This document shows, piece by piece, positions 55,401 through 58,767 of a DNA stretch of 58,767 nucleotides. The translations under genes and the position numbers were made by a program. Position 1 is the first letter of the stretch. The number at the start of each line of letters is the position of its first letter. The DNA lies in the IMG/VR virus record IMGVR_UViG_3300036770_002992, positions 1 through 58,767 of that record; one strand, written 5' to 3'. The DNA comes from a virus. Its lineage: Duplodnaviria; Caudoviricetes. Under the pieces are notes generated by a model. The model had not been told where the DNA came from. It saw only the letters and a program-made list of their open reading frames with translations, and did no database searches.

Positions 55401-57906
55401 AAGCCATTTTTGGATCTGAAATTGAAGAAACTATCGCATCTATTCTAGGTCTTGCTCTTTCCATAACTTGAGATATATGCGTAACGTCTTCTCCTGCATC
55501 TATCATTTCTGTAGCAGTTAGCCTTAAGGCAGAAACTACTTGCTCCGTTATTGGCTGCATTTCTGTTGAGAGTCTTCCCAGAGCCTTATCTGTTAATCTT
55601 GTTTTTCTTTCAATTGCTACTGCGGTCATAGCAGAAGCCCTCATTGATTTTTCAAACATGTCCCCCGCATCAAAAAAGTCTCTTGACATACCGAAGCCAC
55701 TAGGAGTATTTCCTGGAGCAAACATTGTGTATGGCGCAAGAACGCTTGACTGTCCGCCTGTTAAAGATAGTGTTCCAGTTTGAAACCCTGGCAAAGTTCC
55801 GCGATTCATCTGTAATAGAACTGGGCCATATTTTTCAGTTGCCTCGCGGTTTACAATGAATTCACCAGGCTCAAGCATGGCTGGGATCTTGTCCCCGCGA
55901 CCAGATCCTGGAACAAATTCTGGGTTAGTAGACCCAGCCTGTCGGCGGATAGGAGTCTGACCTCTTGCCCCAGGCAAAGCGCCAGGAATAAATAATGCGG
56001 GATTGGCGGCAGTAAGTCTTCTTAAAGATTGCTCGTATGAACTTAAAACACCCGACAACCTCCTTAATGCGACCTCTTGTGTATCAAATGATTTCGTGAG
56101 ATTATCTACGCCAAGTTTTGCAGCCATAACATCTTGGTTGAGAAGTTCAAATTTTTCGACCCTGACCCCAGCAATTCTTGCACCAAGCCTTGTCATCATC
56201 ATGCCGAATTTAATGCCATTGGCAATGAGGTTTCCAAAAAGACCGACCATCATAATAATAGGGCCTGCAAGAGCGGCAATTGCTACACCATACTTAGCAA
56301 AATCTTTTACTGGGCCAGGAAGCGCCTGGAAAAATGAGGTCAGAGTCTTCATGCCGCTACCGATAAATTCAAAAATGGGTATTAGAGTTTCAGTCAGGGT
56401 TTGACCTATCGGCATAATCGCATTCTTAAGATCTTCCAGAGTTCTCTGGAATCTCATGGCAGTAGATTCGGTAAGAGTCCTAAGTTCGTCGTTTGCCACC
56501 TTAGCCAGATCTGCCGATGATTTAGAGGCTAGTTCTACGACAGATTCAGTCTGTGAGCCTGCCCGACCAATGTTGTCGAATAGGGCGGTAATTCTTGCAA
56601 ACTGGTATCTACCAAAAATTTGCTCAATGACTCTTGATCTTCCAAAACTATCTAGATTACCCAAGGCTTCTTGCATAGCATAAATTGTGGGCATTAGTTG
56701 CCCCTTATTTGCCTCAACAATTCCAACTAAGTCAATTCCAAATTGTTTAGCAACATCTGACGCCTGCTTGGTTGGATTAATCAGGGCAGAGAGGCCAGAC
56801 TTTAATGCGTTAGCCGCTTCTGCCGCAGGAATACCTCCTTCACGCATAGCGACTAGAAGTGTCGCAAGATCCTTTACGTCTCCGCCAAGACTTCTTACAA
56901 CAGGGCCAACCTTAGGAATGGCTGTAGCAAGATCTTCTAGTGTTGCGGATGTTTGGTTTTCTACAGCATTAAGGAAGTTAATAGATTCCGCAAGTTCATT
57001 AGTATTCATCCTGAATGCTGATTGCAATGAAAGAGTTGCTTTCATTGCCTCTTGCCTATCAACTTCACCAAGAACGGCTAACCTTGTGGTTTGCTGTACT
57101 GATGAAATAAGGGCCTCCCCCTCTTTACCAGTTGCAGCAATGTCTGCAGCCAAAGCCGCAGTATCTTTTGCAGCAATACCATATGTGCTTGAAATGTCAT
57201 AGGCTAATTGCTTGACTTGTTCCCGCATACGATTAGTAGATTCACTTATAGCATTACCAAGGTCAGCGCCGTACACCTTTTGGAATCTTGTTAATTCTTT
57301 ATCAAGTTCGCGGAATTGCTTTGAAGCGACAGCAGTAAAAAGCATTAATGGAACGGTAAACCCAACCATCAATTGCCGACCAGCCCATTGGGTGTTTTTA
57401 CCCCAATTAAGCATGGCCGTTGCTCCACCATTCATTAATTGATTAAATACAGCAAATCTTTGTGAGGCAAGGGCTGCGGCACTACTAGCAGCGTTGATAC
57501 TCTGCGGAGTCATCATCATGGCTTGCCCGCCACCCACGGGGACAGCGATAGATTGCTGATATTTTACTTGCTGTTCGGCAAGGCGTCGCATCATACTATT
57601 TTGACGGGTATATCCAGTAATAGCCTCGCGGAAATAATCACGCATAGTGAGGCGATTGGCTGCAAGTTGTTTGCCAAATGTTTCTACTGCATTTGTTGCC
57701 TTTATCGTAGATGTAGTAAATCCGCCAGCCTGCCCGACCCCCGCCGCGAATGTTGCGGCAAGACTTCTTTGAGCAGTAAGAGCAGATTTATCAAGAGTGT
57801 TAAACGCAGCAGTAAGAGTACCGATCTGAGCAGTAAGAACCTTAATCTGCGCTTGGGCCGCAGAAAGATTTGCATTGTAAGTGATAGTGGAGTGAATATT
57901 AGCCAA
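49405..57906 (-). CDS. Tape measure protein with C-terminal amidase, lytic transglycosylase and NlpC/P60 domains
   Basis: TP901-like core, TM segments and coiled coils; MHHTA..E..NHKDW (amidase); GESSG..DWGLWQIN (SLT); DCS..GHT..IEAS (NlpC/P60). Confidence 0.93.
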   Translation of the reverse strand: MANIHSTITYNANLSAAQAQIKVLTAQIGTLTAAFNTLDKSALTAQRSLAATFAAGVGQAGGFTTSTIKATNAVETFGKQLAANRLTMRDYFREAITGYTRQNSMMRRLAEQQVKYQQSIAVPVGGGQAMMMTPQSINAASSAAALASQRFAVFNQLMNGGATAMLNWGKNTQWAGRQLMVGFTVPLMLFTAVASKQFRELDKELTRFQKVYGADLGNAISESTNRMREQVKQLAYDISSTYGIAAKDTAALAADIAATGKEGEALISSVQQTTRLAVLGEVDRQEAMKATLSLQSAFRMNTNELAESINFLNAVENQTSATLEDLATAIPKVGPVVRSLGGDVKDLATLLVAMREGGIPAAEAANALKSGLSALINPTKQASDVAKQFGIDLVGIVEANKGQLMPTIYAMQEALGNLDSFGRSRVIEQIFGRYQFARITALFDNIGRAGSQTESVVELASKSSADLAKVANDELRTLTESTAMRFQRTLEDLKNAIMPIGQTLTETLIPIFEFIGSGMKTLTSFFQALPGPVKDFAKYGVAIAALAGPIIMMVGLFGNLIANGIKFGMMMTRLGARIAGVRVEKFELLNQDVMAAKLGVDNLTKSFDTQEVALRRLSGVLSSYEQSLRRLTAANPALFIPGALPGARGQTPIRRQAGSTNPEFVPGSGRGDKIPAMLEPGEFIVNREATEKYGPVLLQMNRGTLPGFQTGTLSLTGGQSSVLAPYTMFAPGNTPSGFGMSRDFFDAGDMFEKSMRASAMTAVAIERKTRLTDKALGRLSTEMQPITEQVVSALRLTATEMIDAGEDVTHISQVMERARPRIDAIVSSISDPKMALAMQKLLTPTTSQILSGGNVRIPAVVIDPVTKEITRRTQYSDRTGEARSFQNRVKTSAQYLGVPTSGGYTRAHLGTERLSGSIMPLGGGALGSTPEVRRIARQALDEYLISLDRGFDEVTRSTSPSKEADKIGESGGRNVGQGVLNGLQRGLNNVTQGRNVIKTGGGIESISNAQKIAQADQSILKLKEMQLKHTANRVRAEVELNSIQSRYARGEITLVQMMEEKRRLQSEIKAAADKELRIQNIINQKKQAIADADQAQLRAEQEEAKAAQRRASAAAPGLNKPIGPTGPAAAIGSARNQAQGGMRGAGAMNAMFALSMVTSSISMMGGASADAAMKLGLFTTALMTATMMMNMGIGKNTFTNFLGMRSLGGKLGQTNAARLAANPALAQRASSIASAGGLAGGRMAGQGAAAGLAAGGGKMGATLLGASRLLSVAGGPIGIAAGLGITAAITGFMMYRNAAEEARERAISAFNDPVKSAEYFGETIANVSDILENNRLSNVSEDLRGIDSALREAVKEDYGPLIEKIKYLSAGAGAQELSMAYSNMIISGMSAENAKASIEAIAAEAGMAGGKAFTEAVTQGFLDESLTVKDAVDNIISQFQPSEAKFGKTGKTILQTLEDERQSLINERTEIESRITYSPVAGTYGPPAQIMAPEDQQRLYDISNAIDGINDQIQDLMEVNPEMISGVMDSLVMAYQQDPTAAIEGLQEFTDIINNLDEGNQASAMEKITDYLKNAYGQEWDRIGGTIDTQEEKIVAIQMAIAGVSLDKATNEAGEFDIALGRAVVSAKSLADATKLLRIESEQAYFDMIDQFAQEQRDTINTNAENYMNAVDDRIKIYQDLKESAQDAFEVEQKAREDSIEGMQEEMDARRRSFDEEMDRLDDRRNAIEKSSDAYIKSLEKNQKAESFFAQQRKTAFGALEKLASGDVFGFLQEREQMSADAQEFSYDQMIEGIEERRDLELEAIDEVREQKQEEQEEYEQMMEDRIKGVQDLMDQEQEAHDAQMKRYDDMIERSEENKEKILQAKNDELKKIETMEKDYRTNATSAERKYSQEYSELKSKPYLDARKEMLKLRIEEIYYRGGVSAIQAAIKAGALSFDARGRSASLAAENILKELGLNLPSTPYVVDNVGDTGVGDDLADTVQQMNVDAQQVTLNGDINIPESGRNYDGTEDRDGNPSTLGAATGGYIKNNRLMMMGGGKVSGPGGPKSDEVPAMLSNGEYVVQASSVNKYGKDMMDTINAGKFAYGGPVSTSRAASDANATFRGNLPSPIRMAEGGLVESIKKFFPNGGHQFYAGWNQYNSWSKGKPQLVTMHHTALQPGVSQQAELNSFAKDWMGKPVVQSWIGKSGVAHTLAAGNTGMGHGEGTTKYMKGETESAKEIIDIAGHPNSVSWQMEVSSAGKTQDFTSGQFNAIARMTAAIRDWAGWPGFEGRIINHKDWAIGRRNDTLYPISTFVKNANEAWTEGGNENTNNNENKGGKNTGKKNPENPVGDSIQSYIRPVRGLPGILSLLNKGQPNQDRNNPRDNPSQPGSRDVTLDPKDYQDEFIKGFNLVKLIYGSGWKTKDDVRTAYGVVMGESSGKRTATNDNWAKGSKGIDWGLWQINDYWHKEVGGEKIDFSKSRMFDAIYNSKIANAMWKDPKNHGGSTQTPWGGWNVHPVSGVFPGGSDGYRRGINEFDNNPNWWRQIVSLTGGSNGGSNDAGQTGGGAASKAVSYARNQLGKPYVNTPPGARPPDSWDCSKLTAWAWNQAIGKNVLTAYSHTQASELTKRVSGLKNGKISGLSLGDVLYFKTDGASGGHTSIYAGNDTIIEASTPATGVRTTSVNNGWNNTNRSNGTPRFQWAGPPKGYAMGGFISGPGGPRSDMIPAMLSNGEYVIKASSVAKYGKGFMDQINSGSLNPSQGSSIQPARFANGGMVGSAPMPAFSMPEMADTSVGLSNTTYGGNSSSSSNKTNVKVVINGAGGKGANAIANKVVSMINSANNRRNHSRSI

Positions 57907-58231
57907 GTTCGGTTCCCTCCGCTAATTCATATATAACTCCCATATCTGGGGTTAGACCCTGCTCTATTGCTCCAGCCATATTTTTATCACCAGTCAGTCT
58001 AGCGACTGCCCTAGCCTGAATTTCTTCTATGCTAGGAATTAGGGATTCCTCCTCTGGTTCTTCAGAATTATCGTCAATGTCTATGCCCTGAAGAGCGGCC
58101 ATAAACTTTTGTCTTCTTCTTTCCGCCTCATAAATTGCTTTTAATGTGGCGGCAAGTTCTGGCATAGATAGCGACGATTCAAGTTCCTCGTAGTCCTTCC
58201 AATGGCCCAGGAGAAATACTTCTCCTAGCAT
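57899..58231 (-). CDS. Tail assembly chaperone, C-terminal (gpT-like) frame
   Basis: Between TAC and TMP; frame open upstream to 58288, consistent with a frameshift fusion. Confidence 0.8.
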   Translation of the reverse strand: MLGEVFLLGHWKDYEELESSLSMPELAATLKAIYEAERRRQKFMAALQGIDIDDNSEEPEEESLIPSIEEIQARAVARLTGDKNMAGAIEQGLTPDMGVIYELAEGTELG

Positions 58232-58242
58232 AGAGGCAAGGT

Positions 58243-58578
58243 CTAGATCCTCCCAGCGAGTTCCTGAGCCGTCGCCACTAGGTTTGGGTCATTCAACTTA
58301 ATATCAGCGGCTACTTCAAGAATCTTGTACATGGTCTGAAGATCTACTGCTTCTTCAAGTTCTTCTGTTGTTTCTGCTAGATCTGGAGCAAATTGACGGA
58401 AAGCAATTGATGTGCATTTGATGAGAACATCCAGGAATTCATCTTCGTTTTGAACCTCTGAAGCCTTCTGCCACTCCTTCATGACCTCGCGTAGATTCTT
58501 GAGGTTAAGGGGTTTTACTGTAATGTTTCGACCATCAAGAAGTTCTAATTCTATGGTTTCGTAGACCTTGGTTGCCAT
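58243..58578 (-). CDS. Tail assembly chaperone (gpG-like)
   Basis: Position after the major tail gene; acidic 111 aa; AAAGGA SD. Confidence 0.8.
   Translation of the reverse strand: MATKVYETIELELLDGRNITVKPLNLKNLREVMKEWQKASEVQNEDEFLDVLIKCTSIAFRQFAPDLAETTEELEEAVDLQTMYKILEVAADIKLNDPNLVATAQELAGRI
58282..58288 (-). other. Programmed -1 ribosomal frameshift slippery heptamer C-CCA-AAC
   Basis: X-XXY-YYZ in the correct frame (GAC CCA AAC); the -1 frame has TGA immediately before it and is open into ORF 57899-58231. Confidence 0.8.
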
Positions 58579-58618
58579 GTAACATCCTTTCGTTGTTTAA
58601 AAATATTATACCCTATAA

Positions 58619-58655
58619 ATGATAAAGACGCAGCAAAATGCTGCGCCCTTATCAT
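58619..58655 (-). terminator. Hairpin/terminator after the major tail gene
   Basis: Minus strand ATGATAAGGGCGCAGCA-TTT-TGCTGCGTCTTTATCAT. Confidence 0.65.
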
Positions 58656-58671
58656 AAACTATATTGAATTA

Positions 58672-58767
58672 TTAGAACAGTCTGTCAACAATCTTGCCGT
58701 ATGCGGCGTTGCCGTCAGGAGCCTCATTTGTGGTAGAGGGGAGAACGCGGAAGTTAACAGGGAATAC
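58672..58767 (-). CDS. Major tail protein, C-terminal fragment (truncated by window edge)
   Basis: VFPVNFRVLP...YGKIVDRLF*; position upstream of the TAC genes. Confidence 0.75.
   Translation of the reverse strand, partial: VFPVNFRVLPSTTNEAPDGNAAYGKIVDRLF

Noticed and set aside
1311-57936. Numerous plus-strand ORFs in the ORF track (e.g. 53930-54493, 56687-57202, 40244-40705)
   Set aside because: They are antisense shadows of well-supported minus-strand genes and have no recognisable motifs.
58209-58226. Hairpin AGGAGAA-GTAT-TTCTCCT as the frameshift stimulator
   Set aside because: It lies more than 50 nt downstream of the slippery heptamer, too far for a typical stimulatory structure.
1-58767. 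Stop-codon reassignment or suppressor tRNAs
   Set aside because: Long genes are intact under code 11, TAA, TAG and TGA all end genes, and the three tRNAs have sense anticodons.

Overview
A 58.8 kb segment of a large tailed dsDNA phage genome, probably a siphovirus of Actinobacteria. The host inference rests on WhiB, a DUF732-like lipoprotein, an MSMEG_6728-like glycosylase and SigA-type promoters. Nearly all genes are on the minus strand and tightly packed. In transcription order (right to left) the window holds five blocks. (1) Tail module: end of the major tail protein, a tail-assembly-chaperone pair with a -1 frameshift site, a 2833-aa tape measure carrying three different peptidoglycan hydrolase domains, minor tail proteins and an FN3 fibre. 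(2) Replication/recombination module: HNH, metallophosphoesterase, DnaB, primase, SSB, DnaE, MazG, RecA, Cas4-like exonuclease and RuvC. (3) Terminase, a TrmH/SpoU methyltransferase, an unannotated ~100-nt structured RNA candidate, tRNA-Gln and tRNA-Asn. (4) Small individually promoted genes, deaminase, WhiB, and a glycan-biosynthesis cluster of two NDP-sugar enzymes, three GT2, a GT-B-like protein and FkbM, plus a separate GT4-like gene. (5) Many small genes, ending at a mostly non-coding convergence zone (about 125-860) with DnaA-box pairs and iteron-like repeats, next to a plus-strand tRNA-Tyr preceded by a compact pseudoknot. The most promising leads are the glycosylation locus, the structured RNAs abutting tRNA 5' ends, the DnaA-box/iteron region and the triple-hydrolase tape measure. 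All family assignments come from motif recognition by eye; no database search was run.
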